A stretch of DNA of 64,000 nucleotides from a virus. The notes under the pieces are model-generated. The model ran no database searches and was not told the DNA's origin. It saw only the letters and a list, made by a program, of their open reading frames with translations. The position numbers and the translations under genes are program-made. Below, piece after piece: positions 35,178 to 44,052 of this stretch. Every line of letters starts with the position of its first letter. Position 1 is the stretch's first letter. The DNA is taken from the IMG/VR virus record IMGVR_UViG_3300017991_000096, positions 1-64,000 of that record; one strand, 5' to 3'.

Positions 35178-37394
35178 ATGGCCGAACTCAGTGTGGACTT
35201 CACCAACGACCTGTCTCGCTACGAGCAGGTTCTCTTTCAACGCGACAAGGACGTGCTCGACGGCGAGTTGAACGAGATCGGTCGGCTCATCCGCGTCCGT
35301 CGCAAGCGCAGCAACGTCATTCAGGACAGCGACAGTGCTGCTCTCGCGGGGCGCGAGGGCTACCCTCGGTGCTCTGGCCTCCAGCTTGTCCCGAACGGCG
35401 CAGCCAACGACGAGGTGCTCCTCCAGCCCGTACCAGGACGGCGGGCGTTCGTCGAGTTCCGTGGCTACACCTTCGAGATCGCCGGTCCCATCACCTTTAC
35501 GTGCGACACGACGGGTGTTGACCGCTTCCAGCAGATCTACATGACGGTGACCGAGACGGAGATCTCGGCGGCGGGCGACCCCTCGATCGCGGTGTCCCAG
35601 CTTGGCGAGACGGCGCGGAGGATCCGGCTCACCGTCAACTTCGGCATCGGTGCCATCAACACCAACACCGCTGGCGCCCTCAACACGGTGCAGGAGCCGT
35701 GGGAGGCCGGTGGCGTCAAGGCTGGGGTGTTCGGGCTCGTGAAGCGTGTGGCTGCGGTCACGACTGCGGTCGTCAACGACTTCGAGATCTTCACGACCTT
35801 CCGAGCCCAGCGCGAGTACGCCGACTTCATGGCGCTCTCGCAGAAGAAAACGATCCTGCGCACCGGCAACTTCGGCGCCGAGGTGGGCAGCGTTTTGGTG
35901 AAGCAGGCGGCGCCCAACGACCTCGTTTTCGATAACGTCGGTGTCATCCTCCCGCCTGGGTTCTACGACAACGCCTCGGGCGCCATCATGCACTACGTGC
36001 TCAACGGGGTGTTCACGCTCGCCAACCCAGGCGACGTGCTCATCATCCGCGGTATGGCGTCCTCGCGTCCTGGCCCCGGCTCATCGTTTGGTACGGACAT
36101 CCAGGCTGTCGTAGGACCGGGCCCCAACGAGGTTGAGGCCGATGTCGTCTCCTGGGAGCAGTACGTCCACGGCGTCGCACAGGGCAGCGTTGACGGCTTC
36201 GAGCAGGTGTTGCCCATCGCCGTGCGCTTGAACGCCGGCCCCAACTGGTTGCTCGCTGACGGCCGCACCATCGGTCATCTCCAGGGCTCGGTGGGCACGA
36301 ACGTGGACACTGACGGCGTCCTATACTTCGATGCTGGTAACCAACTCATCGACCACCACGACGGTCTGTTCACGCTGGGATTCGACCGCTACAAAACGCC
36401 GCGCGTCCGAGATCGCCGTCTGCCGGCCACCGGGTTCATGCAGTTGCTCACGGAGGAGATCGTGCTGCCTGCGAACTACCTCGGCGCAGGCAACCAGCCG
36501 GTCTTTCGGCGTGTCTACTCGGCCAACGCCCTAGACCGTATCGCCGATAGTGACGGGAGCCTCCGCCGCTTCACTGGGCGCGTCGAGACGGTCAACGCTC
36601 GCTACGTCGGCAACATCGGCAACGAGTGGGAGGCCGACGCGAACGGCAACGGGTTCACTGCACACGCCATCTACCACGGCATCGAGCAGAACTTCGGCAT
36701 CGGTCCCATCTTCCTCCCCGTCCGCGTCGAGCGGATGCACTTCCCGTTCTCCTATGGTGACCCGTGGGGCGAGAGCGACTGGCAGATCGACGGCTCGGGT
36801 CACGGCGAGATCGAGCACTTCAACACCAACGGCACTCGCATCAACACGCTCCGCGGTTCCGTCAACGGCTTCGAGCAGTACAGCTACTTCGGCTTCTCTG
36901 GCTTCGGCGACCCTGGCATCGGTCCTTCCCAGACCCCCAACCAGATGACAGCGAAGCACATGGCGAAGGCATGGTGCTTCGCCACCATCGACGCCGCCGT
37001 CTCACCTGTCGTGGTGACCCCTCACTTTGGCGTCGGCTTCTCAGGCGTGGCGTCCTATACGAGCGCTGCTGGTAACTCTCTGCTCAGTTTCTCGCTGGCG
37101 CCTGGCCTCGCATGGGCGACATCGGGCGAGTACACCGTCCACACCAGCTTCGGATCGGTGATCCCCTTCGGCGGCAACGGCAACCCGACCCGCGTGGGCA
37201 CCTTCCCAGGTTCCATCGGCAACGGCTGTTTCATCAGCCGCGATGGGCTCCAGGTGACAGGGAACATCCGTCTGCGTGTGATCGACACGGTCAACTCGGA
37301 CAACAACCCGATCTTCCCTGCGAGCCTCGGTGGCGGCGGCCTGTCCTTCGGCCTCTTTATCCACTGCTACGGTGCGATGACCTCGCCGCCGTGA
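35178..37394 (+). CDS. Tail fibre (DUF6519/DUF4815-like N-terminus)
   Basis: RYEQVLFQRDKDVLDGELNE and ETARR motifs; Gly-rich C-terminal domain beginning AKAWC. Confidence 0.7.
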   Translation: MAELSVDFTNDLSRYEQVLFQRDKDVLDGELNEIGRLIRVRRKRSNVIQDSDSAALAGREGYPRCSGLQLVPNGAANDEVLLQPVPGRRAFVEFRGYTFEIAGPITFTCDTTGVDRFQQIYMTVTETEISAAGDPSIAVSQLGETARRIRLTVNFGIGAINTNTAGALNTVQEPWEAGGVKAGVFGLVKRVAAVTTAVVNDFEIFTTFRAQREYADFMALSQKKTILRTGNFGAEVGSVLVKQAAPNDLVFDNVGVILPPGFYDNASGAIMHYVLNGVFTLANPGDVLIIRGMASSRPGPGSSFGTDIQAVVGPGPNEVEADVVSWEQYVHGVAQGSVDGFEQVLPIAVRLNAGPNWLLADGRTIGHLQGSVGTNVDTDGVLYFDAGNQLIDHHDGLFTLGFDRYKTPRVRDRRLPATGFMQLLTEEIVLPANYLGAGNQPVFRRVYSANALDRIADSDGSLRRFTGRVETVNARYVGNIGNEWEADANGNGFTAHAIYHGIEQNFGIGPIFLPVRVERMHFPFSYGDPWGESDWQIDGSGHGEIEHFNTNGTRINTLRGSVNGFEQYSYFGFSGFGDPGIGPSQTPNQMTAKHMAKAWCFATIDAAVSPVVVTPHFGVGFSGVASYTSAAGNSLLSFSLAPGLAWATSGEYTVHTSFGSVIPFGGNGNPTRVGTFPGSIGNGCFISRDGLQVTGNIRLRVIDTVNSDNNPIFPASLGGGGLSFGLFIHCYGAMTSPP

Positions 37395-37408
37395 GCTAAG
37401 CTAGTCCC

Positions 37409-37501
37409 ATGCCTGCACCGCGACCTGTCCAGAACTTCGACCGTGAGGGGCCTAGCAAGGTCCCCGCGCCTGTCCAGAACCCCGAAAGAACGGAGACGTA
37501 G
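37409..37501 (+). CDS. Possible 30-aa mini-ORF with duplicated PxPVQN
   Basis: MPAPRPVQNFDREGPSKVPAPVQNPERTET fills the gap between two genes. Confidence 0.35.
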   Translation: MPAPRPVQNFDREGPSKVPAPVQNPERTET

Positions 37502-37503
37502 TC

Positions 37504-38193
37504 ATGCCTGCACGCTACACATGGGACTGCACACCGGCCAGCGACGCGGTGATCGACTTCGACATCCAGAAGTCCACCGACAACGGCAACACCTTTGCCA
37601 CGGTTGCCACCATCCTTGCCGACACGACGGACCCGCTCGTCTACGATGCGGACGCCGACAAGTTCTTCTGGGTGGACGCCACGCCTGTCGCCAAGGAGAT
37701 CGTGCGCATCGCTGCCCGCAACGCGGTGGGGCTCTCGACCTACCGCTACCTCTACCCGCCGCCCGTGCAGCCCTCGCTGGTCAACGTCTTTGGCGCCGTG
37801 CTCAACCCGCACAACGGGCGCCCCATGAAGGAGGTCGAGGTCATCATCTACGCCATGCAGGGCCAGGCCAGCGCGTACCAAGAGAACGACGGGGTGGCCT
37901 CCCTGAACGCCGAGAGCGTCACCGTGGCGGCTCGACGCTACAGGGTGTTCACGGACGCAGAGGGGCGCTGGTCTGTGGACCTCATGCGTGACGTGCCCAT
38001 GGACATCGAGATCCCTTTCGTCGGGGTCACCCGCACCTTCCGGCTGCCGAAGGACGAGACGATCCAGGCGGTGAACTTCCGCGACCTTGTCAAGTACCGC
38101 ATCGCTGGGCCCATCTTTCAGGGCCCCGGCACGAAGGGTCAGCGCGCTGGCGTGGCCGATGGTCCGCTCGGCGTGGGCGCTCATTTGCCGTAG
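37504..38193 (+). CDS. FN3-like plus prealbumin/carboxypeptidase-regulatory-like virion protein
   Basis: FDIQKSTDNG...RIAARNAVGLS; VFGAVLNPHNGRP...TDAEGRW. Confidence 0.6.
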   Translation: MPARYTWDCTPASDAVIDFDIQKSTDNGNTFATVATILADTTDPLVYDADADKFFWVDATPVAKEIVRIAARNAVGLSTYRYLYPPPVQPSLVNVFGAVLNPHNGRPMKEVEVIIYAMQGQASAYQENDGVASLNAESVTVAARRYRVFTDAEGRWSVDLMRDVPMDIEIPFVGVTRTFRLPKDETIQAVNFRDLVKYRIAGPIFQGPGTKGQRAGVADGPLGVGAHLP

Positions 38194-38207
38194 CCTGGCA
38201 TACCTGA

Positions 38208-38237
38208 TTGACGGAGTGAGCCCTTCGGGGCTAGGCT
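38208..38237 (+). promoter_or_regulatory. Candidate sigma70-type promoter with a cUUCGg hairpin in its spacer
   Basis: TTGACG-N18-TAGGCT at the structural/replication boundary. Confidence 0.4.
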
Positions 38238-38246
38238 GGATTCACC

Positions 38247-39695
38247 ATGACTCCAGCCATCCACATCGACAACGTGGTGCGCGTGCCTCTGGAGCTACTG
38301 CCGGATCCGGTGGGGCTCGTCCACGCGCTCACGCTCGAAAGCCCTACAGGCTCGGGGTCCGATCGCTTCCACCCGCTCGCGCGCATTGACGAGAGATGGG
38401 GGGAGGTGATCGTCCCTCGCGCGTTCAACCTCCTGCCCTGGCTCAAGCCGAAGAAGCAGTATGTCATACACGACAACGTGGCGTTCTGGCCTTGGCGCCG
38501 GGTGACCCTCGGGGACCGGACCCCAGAGCTCGGCCCCAACAAGTTCATCGCCTACGACCAAGGTCCAGCCTGGGAGGCGATCAGCCGCACGCCTCACCGC
38601 CCCTACGGTCAGATCCTCGCGCTCGGCTGCGGCAAGGGCAAGACGGTCCTCGCCCTCTCGCTCGCCCGCAAGCGTGGCGTGCCGACCCTCGTGGTCTGCC
38701 ACACGATCAACATGATGAATACGTGGGCGCAGACGGCAGTGGACCTGTTCGGCGTGGACCCCTCCCGCATCGGGTTCATCGGAGGCGGCAAGAAAACCTG
38801 GCCTGGCAAAGACTTGGTGTTCACCACCATGCCTGGCGTCCTTTCCGGCTCGCTGCCCCCACAGTTCTTCTCGACGTGGGGGCTCGTGATCTTCGATGAG
38901 GGTGACCTTCTCGGAGCAAAGCACCTGTCGAAGATCCTCCCCCTGTTCATGGGTGAGCGCCTGCTCGTGACCGCTACCGTTACCCGTAGCGATGGTATGG
39001 AGGCCCTGTACTTCCACCACGTCGGCAAGGTGGTGTATGAGGACACGCGCCCTGATCTGGAGCCTCGATGCTACGTCCTCGACTCTCCGGTGCCGCCGTT
39101 CGTCTGGGTGGAGGAAGGCACGCGCAAGAAGAAGCGCAAGAAGCAAACCACGGAGCGCTACGCATGGAACAGGTTTGTGAACCGTCCAGCGCCCCACGTC
39201 CCCCGCACCGTTTCGTTCCTGGTGGATCACGTCCCCGAGCGCTTCGCCTGGGAGATGGAGGTGGTGGGCGAGCTACTGGGCGAGGGCCGCAAGGTGCTGT
39301 TCCTGGGCGAGCGTGTCGAGGATCTCAAGCGCCACCACGACGCTGCGGTCAAGCTGGACTGGGAGAGCGGGCTCGCGCTGGGCTCCTCGCACATGACCGA
39401 CGATGAGGTGAAGGCTGTACTCCGCGACTGTCGAGTGATCTGGGGCATCCAGCAGATCGCCAAGCGGGGTCTGAACCAGCCCGACATCGACACCATCGTC
39501 ATCCAGTTCGCCAGCTTCAAGGACGAGAACAGGCTACAGCAGACGGTTGGCCGCGCCCTCCGCTTCACGGACGGAGGCAAGGACCCGTTGGTGGTCGTGC
39601 TCAACGACTCCAATGTCGGGTGTCTCAACAACAACGCCGTCGAGATCGTGGCGTGGCTCCAACGCCAGGGCTACGCCGTGGAGTGGTACGAATGA
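38247..39695 (+). CDS. Superfamily 2 helicase (UvsW/ResIII-like)
   Basis: LGCGKGKT, VIFDEGD, TAT, RGLNQPDID, QTVGRALR. Confidence 0.9.
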   Translation: MTPAIHIDNVVRVPLELLPDPVGLVHALTLESPTGSGSDRFHPLARIDERWGEVIVPRAFNLLPWLKPKKQYVIHDNVAFWPWRRVTLGDRTPELGPNKFIAYDQGPAWEAISRTPHRPYGQILALGCGKGKTVLALSLARKRGVPTLVVCHTINMMNTWAQTAVDLFGVDPSRIGFIGGGKKTWPGKDLVFTTMPGVLSGSLPPQFFSTWGLVIFDEGDLLGAKHLSKILPLFMGERLLVTATVTRSDGMEALYFHHVGKVVYEDTRPDLEPRCYVLDSPVPPFVWVEEGTRKKKRKKQTTERYAWNRFVNRPAPHVPRTVSFLVDHVPERFAWEMEVVGELLGEGRKVLFLGERVEDLKRHHDAAVKLDWESGLALGSSHMTDDEVKAVLRDCRVIWGIQQIAKRGLNQPDIDTIVIQFASFKDENRLQQTVGRALRFTDGGKDPLVVVLNDSNVGCLNNNAVEIVAWLQRQGYAVEWYE

Positions 39696-40102
39696 AGGAG
39701 AAGCAACTAACTAAGAAAGTGACCTTCGATGTCTACATCAAGGAGTTGGACGTGTGGGCCCCCCAGACCTTCACGGCTCGCATCTTTGAACTCGAACCCG
39801 GCCGGTTCATCCGGCTATTCCCCATCGGCACCCTCGCAAGGGTGCTGTGCCGCACCCCTCAGATGGTGACGTTCTGGGAGCGAGACGGGAAGTTCCCCGC
39901 CCCGCTGTTCGCCATCGACGGGGACAAGCGAAAGACAAGGCGCTGGTACAGCGAGGCCCAGATTCTCATGGTGTCCAAGCACCAGCGCAACATCCTCGGC
40001 GACAAGCCAACCTCAACCAACAACCAACACTCAGACCATGACCAGTTCTTTGCCGCTGTGCGGCGCGACTGGACAATCGAACTACGCGAGGAGACAGTAT
40101 GA
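39692..40102 (+). CDS. MerR-like HTH DNA-binding protein
   Basis: FPIGTLARVLCRTPQMVTFWERDGKFPAP...RWYSEAQI. Confidence 0.75.
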   Translation: MKEKQLTKKVTFDVYIKELDVWAPQTFTARIFELEPGRFIRLFPIGTLARVLCRTPQMVTFWERDGKFPAPLFAIDGDKRKTRRWYSEAQILMVSKHQRNILGDKPTSTNNQHSDHDQFFAAVRRDWTIELREETV

Positions 40103-40752
40103 ATCACGACGACCTTACCAAGAAGTTGAAGGCCCAAGAGGCCGCCCGCATCGAGCACGAGCAACGCCGCAAGGCCGAAGCCGAGTCCATCTGGAGAAAC
40201 ATCGGGGGCCCATCTTCGCTGTCCTCAGCCCCGAAGGCTGTGAAGCTGATGCGGTCGCTCCTCGACTACATCGTCTCTGGCTGGTACGGCATCGACGCTC
40301 GCGTCAGCGGCCTCAAGCAGATCGGTGAGCGCGCTGCGGCGCTCGCCAACATGACCTGGAACACCATGAACAGCCAGTTGCGGCTCGACCAGGAGCGGTC
40401 GGCCGCCATCTACCTCAAGCTGGACGCTCTGCGGGGGCGCGTCGAGGTGCTGCTGAACGGGGAGGACGGTCGGGGCGGCGTGCTCGACCCCGAGAGCGAC
40501 GCCTACAAGCTGGCCGAAGTCCTGGCCGATCTGTGCGACCCCGACCTGTTCGGGTTCATCGACAAGGACGACTACGAGAGGATGCTCCTCCACTGGGGTG
40601 AGGTCATGTTCCACGAGGCCAAGAGCGAGGGGACTATCAGGTCCAACCCGGCCGAAGCCCTCTCCAAGCACGTCAACAAGTTGATCCACGAGCACAAGGA
40701 CGAGATCCAAGCCAACCTCGCGGACGCCTTGGTGAAGAAGGGGGACAACTGA
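40099..40752 (+). CDS. Hypothetical protein
   Basis: GAGGAG RBS, ATGA overlap. Confidence 0.75.
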   Translation: MNHDDLTKKLKAQEAARIEHEQRRKAEAESIWRNIGGPSSLSSAPKAVKLMRSLLDYIVSGWYGIDARVSGLKQIGERAAALANMTWNTMNSQLRLDQERSAAIYLKLDALRGRVEVLLNGEDGRGGVLDPESDAYKLAEVLADLCDPDLFGFIDKDDYERMLLHWGEVMFHEAKSEGTIRSNPAEALSKHVNKLIHEHKDEIQANLADALVKKGDN

Positions 40753-40753
40753 C

Positions 40754-41095
40754 ATGCCTACGATCAAGGTCAAGGGAAAGACCAAGCAAGCTAAGGCTCG
40801 CATCAAGGTCAAGGCTGCGCACACCGGCAACCGCAAAGACGAGCCGGCCGTCGAGAAGGAGCGGGAGGTGGTGCTCGCTCACGAGGGAATGGAGCCGTGC
40901 TCGATGGTGGGCGTGTCTCTGGGCTACCGCATCAGTGAGAACTACCAGAGCGTCCACATGGACGTTCACGTTTCAGTGCCCGTTGCACCTGGGCAGGAAA
41001 GGCAAGGGCTGGAGTATGCACGACGAGAAGCCGACCGATTCCTCGCAGAGTCAGGAGACGACATCCGCGAAGCTCTCGAAGGACTCGCAGAGTAG
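40754..41095 (+). CDS. Hypothetical phage protein (VSLG...NYQS motif)
   Basis: Basic N-terminus; the motif is common in phage replication regions. Confidence 0.7.
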   Translation: MPTIKVKGKTKQAKARIKVKAAHTGNRKDEPAVEKEREVVLAHEGMEPCSMVGVSLGYRISENYQSVHMDVHVSVPVAPGQERQGLEYARREADRFLAESGDDIREALEGLAE

Positions 41096-41246
41096 CGGCG
41101 CCGTTACCATAGTTGAGATCAAGCAAGCTATAGCGCTATTGCAAGATCCGCACTTCCATGAGACAATGCGGGCTCTCGCCGTGTTGGCCGGATGGAAGGT
41201 TGACTCCATCCGCTGTCCGCACTGCGGAAAACCGATAGGAGGGTAA
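41016..41246 (+). CDS. Small hypothetical protein with CxxC (start uncertain)
   Basis: Fills the gap and ends CPHCGKPIGG; overlaps the previous gene. Confidence 0.4.
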   Translation: MHDEKPTDSSQSQETTSAKLSKDSQSSGAVTIVEIKQAIALLQDPHFHETMRALAVLAGWKVDSIRCPHCGKPIGG

Positions 41247-41248
41247 CG

Positions 41249-41701
41249 ATGCAGACGTTCCTACCGCTGCCGGATTTCCGGCAGTCGTTGGAGTGCCTCG
41301 ACATGGCAAGGCTTGGGAAGCAGCGTGTCGAGGCTTGGCAGTGTCTCAACGGGCTCGCGCTCGGGGAGGCATACGGATGGTGGCACCATCCATGCACGCA
41401 GATGTGGGTCGGATACGACGACGCCCTGGCCCACTACTACAACCTCTCGCTCCAGGTGTTTGAGGAGCACGGAGGGCGCAACGACAAGCTCTGGTACATG
41501 CCTACCGGAGACATCATCCTCCCCGACTGGTTCGGGGACGAGCGGCTGCACTCGCGGCACCGCTCGCAACTACTGGGCAAGGCGCGCGACCACTACAGTC
41601 AGTTCGGCTGGGACGAAGATCCGGGGCTCGACTACTGGTGGCCGGGACGCGGCTACTACGACAGGGAGACACAGAGTTACTATGGCAACGATCAAACTTA
41701 G
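41249..41701 (+). CDS. Pyrimidine-dimer DNA glycosylase family (MSMEG_6728-like)
   Basis: MQTFLP..DF....CLD..RLGKQRVEA.Q, HHPCTQMWVGY, HRSQLL.K, YWWP. Confidence 0.88.
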   Translation: MQTFLPLPDFRQSLECLDMARLGKQRVEAWQCLNGLALGEAYGWWHHPCTQMWVGYDDALAHYYNLSLQVFEEHGGRNDKLWYMPTGDIILPDWFGDERLHSRHRSQLLGKARDHYSQFGWDEDPGLDYWWPGRGYYDRETQSYYGNDQT

Positions 41702-42185
41702 GCGCGGTGGCACGGACGCCGCTACGCCCTCACGGCATACCTACTCGACGGATGCAGAGTCTCCCACTACACTGCCCCCTAAAGGGGGCTTGTGTAGGGG
41801 AGGGATGGAGAGAAACACTCCCCAACCACAACCACAACCGCCAACCAGCCACGCCACGAGCCCCTGCCCCGAGGACGAGGTGATCGAATCCTGGCGGCAC
41901 CACTACGAGAAGCAGATGGGTCACCCTTGCCCGGCAGTAGGGCGATCTGTTGCTGAGCGGGTGGTGGAGATCTACGGCGCTGACGCTGCCCGAGCAGTCA
42001 AGGCGTTCTGGACTTCCGAGAAGCTGGCGTGGGTGAACTACCTGCGCCTGGAGTGGCTGGCGAACGACGAGAACCAGCCCTACGTGTTGGCGGTCATCAA
42101 GCCCCGCCAGCAGGGCGGACGTGCCGAGTACACGAAACCCCGATCGTCAACCCCAACCGTCACACGAAAGCGAAAAGGTCTATGA
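41682..42185 (+). CDS. Putative replication-initiator-like protein
   Basis: Directly upstream of the DnaC-like gene; Pro/Gln linker followed by a helical domain. The function is a positional inference. Confidence 0.4.
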   Translation: MATIKLRRGGTDAATPSRHTYSTDAESPTTLPPKGGLCRGGMERNTPQPQPQPPTSHATSPCPEDEVIESWRHHYEKQMGHPCPAVGRSVAERVVEIYGADAARAVKAFWTSEKLAWVNYLRLEWLANDENQPYVLAVIKPRQQGGRAEYTKPRSSTPTVTRKRKGL

Positions 42186-42706
42186 GGCTAACTCCTCCCG
42201 AACGATACCAGGGATACATGCTCGACACTTTGGATGGTACGTTGCATGATGTCGTCAGCGAGATCGTCAGCGACCCCCGCAAGGCGATGGCAGGCTCCAA
42301 GGTCGTGCTGTACGGGCCGGAAGGTGCCGGCAAGACGACCGCGATGGCGACCCTGCACAACGAACTCGTGGCCCGCAGGTGGATGGCATGGTGGGTGGAC
42401 TGCTTCACCTTCCCCAACGACTTCACTGTTGCGGACGAGTGGCACCGCATTCTGGTCCCCTCGCCCGTCCTGCTGCTGGACGATCTCGGCAAGGAGCCCG
42501 ACCGCATGGCCGAGAAGATGGGTCGCTTGCTCGCAGCGCGGATGCAGGTCCGCGGGCTCACCTTCATCACAACCAACCTCGCGGTGGACGAGGAGGACCC
42601 CGACGCTTGCGCCCTGTCGCAACGGTACGGGCGAAGCCTCCGAAGCCGCATCCTGGGCAACGGCGAGGTCGTCCTCGTAGACGGGCCCGACTTCCGAACC
42701 TCTTAG
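42182..42706 (+). CDS. DnaC/IstB-like AAA+ helicase loader
   Basis: YGPEGAGKT, LLLDDLGKE, TFITTNL, YGRSLRSRI, GPDFR. Confidence 0.88.
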   Translation: MRLTPPERYQGYMLDTLDGTLHDVVSEIVSDPRKAMAGSKVVLYGPEGAGKTTAMATLHNELVARRWMAWWVDCFTFPNDFTVADEWHRILVPSPVLLLDDLGKEPDRMAEKMGRLLAARMQVRGLTFITTNLAVDEEDPDACALSQRYGRSLRSRILGNGEVVLVDGPDFRTS

Positions 42707-42814
42707 CTTAGTCACTACGCCCTTCACTCGACACGCAGATAGCCCACGGTCGCCCGATGCCGGAATAGTCCTTCATCGGGGGCAGGGCGCTAGCAACACA
42801 AGGAAACAGCAACC

Positions 42815-43993
42815 ATGGTAATGATTCACCACAGCAACCAGGACTACAACGTCGCTGCCAGTGAGGCGGCCAAGCACGCCCGTACCAAGTTCGAGGCGAT
42901 GATCGCCAAGGGCACCGCGTCCGCGAGCAGCACGGTCAACCACATCCTCGACACGGTGCCGGCAGACACCGTCGTCAAGGCGGCTGGCCTGGAGTTCCGG
43001 CCCTACCACCGCATCGGGGAATGGGAGCCCGAGGAGGGCCCGGGGCGCGTGTACGTTGCACGGGCACCAGACGAGGGTGGCATCCGCGCCTTCCGCCCGC
43101 TGCACCCCAACGGGCTCGCTCAAGCCGCGACGCGGTTGGGCATGAGCACGAACTACGTCAACTCGCTACTCAAGGTGGATGACCCCATGGACATCCCGTG
43201 GAAGCACGAACTGCTCACCCACAACCTCAACGAGTTGGCGCAGCACGACGACCGGCGGTTCCTCATCCGCTCCGTGAAGCCCCGGAACCACACGCTCCAC
43301 GAGGTGCGTGCCGTCCTCTCGGACAAGTACCGTCGCCTCGACTCGCGCCCGATCCTCGATGCGTTCCTGGGATCGGTCAACAACTACGGCGGCCTTCCCT
43401 GTGAGGGCACCGTGACGGACACCAAGGTGTTCCTCAAGATCGTGCTGCCGCACATCTTCGAGCCGGTGCCGAACGAACCTACGTGCTTCGGCATCCAGTT
43501 CTCCAACTCGGACTACGGCAACGGCAAGCTGTCCATCCGAGGGTTCATGCTGCGGCTCGCCTGTACCAACAAGGCGATCACCGAGGAGTCGCTGTCCCAG
43601 GTTCACCTTGGGCGGCGGCTGGATGAGAACATCCAGTTCTCCCAGCAGACCTACGAACTGGACACGGCTGCGATGGCGTCCGCGGTGGGCGACATCGTGA
43701 CGCAGGTGCTTGCGCCTGGCGCCGTCAACAACCGCATGGAGCAGTTGCGTCTGGCAAACGAGAAGGGCATCGCCAGCTTCAACACGCTGGGCTCGCTCAA
43801 GAAGTCGCTGACCAAGGGCGAATGGGAAGCGGTGAAGGGCGCCTTCGAGGGCCCCGACGAGCACAACTTGCCCCCCGGCAAGACGCAGTACCGGCTCTCC
43901 AACGCGATCTCGTGGATCGCTCACACCGTCGAGGACGGTGACCGGCGACACGAGTTGGAACAGCTTGCTGGCAGCTACCTCGTGGCTGCCTGA
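42815..43993 (+). CDS. DUF932-family protein
   Basis: RAVLSDKYRRLD, FSNSDYGNG, LRLACTN, HLGRRL, SNAIS. Confidence 0.75.
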   Translation: MVMIHHSNQDYNVAASEAAKHARTKFEAMIAKGTASASSTVNHILDTVPADTVVKAAGLEFRPYHRIGEWEPEEGPGRVYVARAPDEGGIRAFRPLHPNGLAQAATRLGMSTNYVNSLLKVDDPMDIPWKHELLTHNLNELAQHDDRRFLIRSVKPRNHTLHEVRAVLSDKYRRLDSRPILDAFLGSVNNYGGLPCEGTVTDTKVFLKIVLPHIFEPVPNEPTCFGIQFSNSDYGNGKLSIRGFMLRLACTNKAITEESLSQVHLGRRLDENIQFSQQTYELDTAAMASAVGDIVTQVLAPGAVNNRMEQLRLANEKGIASFNTLGSLKKSLTKGEWEAVKGAFEGPDEHNLPPGKTQYRLSNAISWIAHTVEDGDRRHELEQLAGSYLVAA

Positions 43994-44004
43994 CCACACC
44001 CCGC

Positions 44005-44038
44005 GGGTGGGGGCGCTTCGGCGCCCCTGCCCTTTTTT
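44005..44038 (+). terminator. Intrinsic terminator
   Basis: GGGTGGGGGCGC-TTCG-GCGCCCCTGCCC followed by TTTTTT. Confidence 0.85.
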
Positions 44039-44052
44039 CGTTTGGAGGCCAC

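Noticed and set aside
11121-37394. Stand-alone eCIS or tailocin locus
   Set aside because: Portal, scaffold, capsid and replisome genes are contiguous, so this is a phage.
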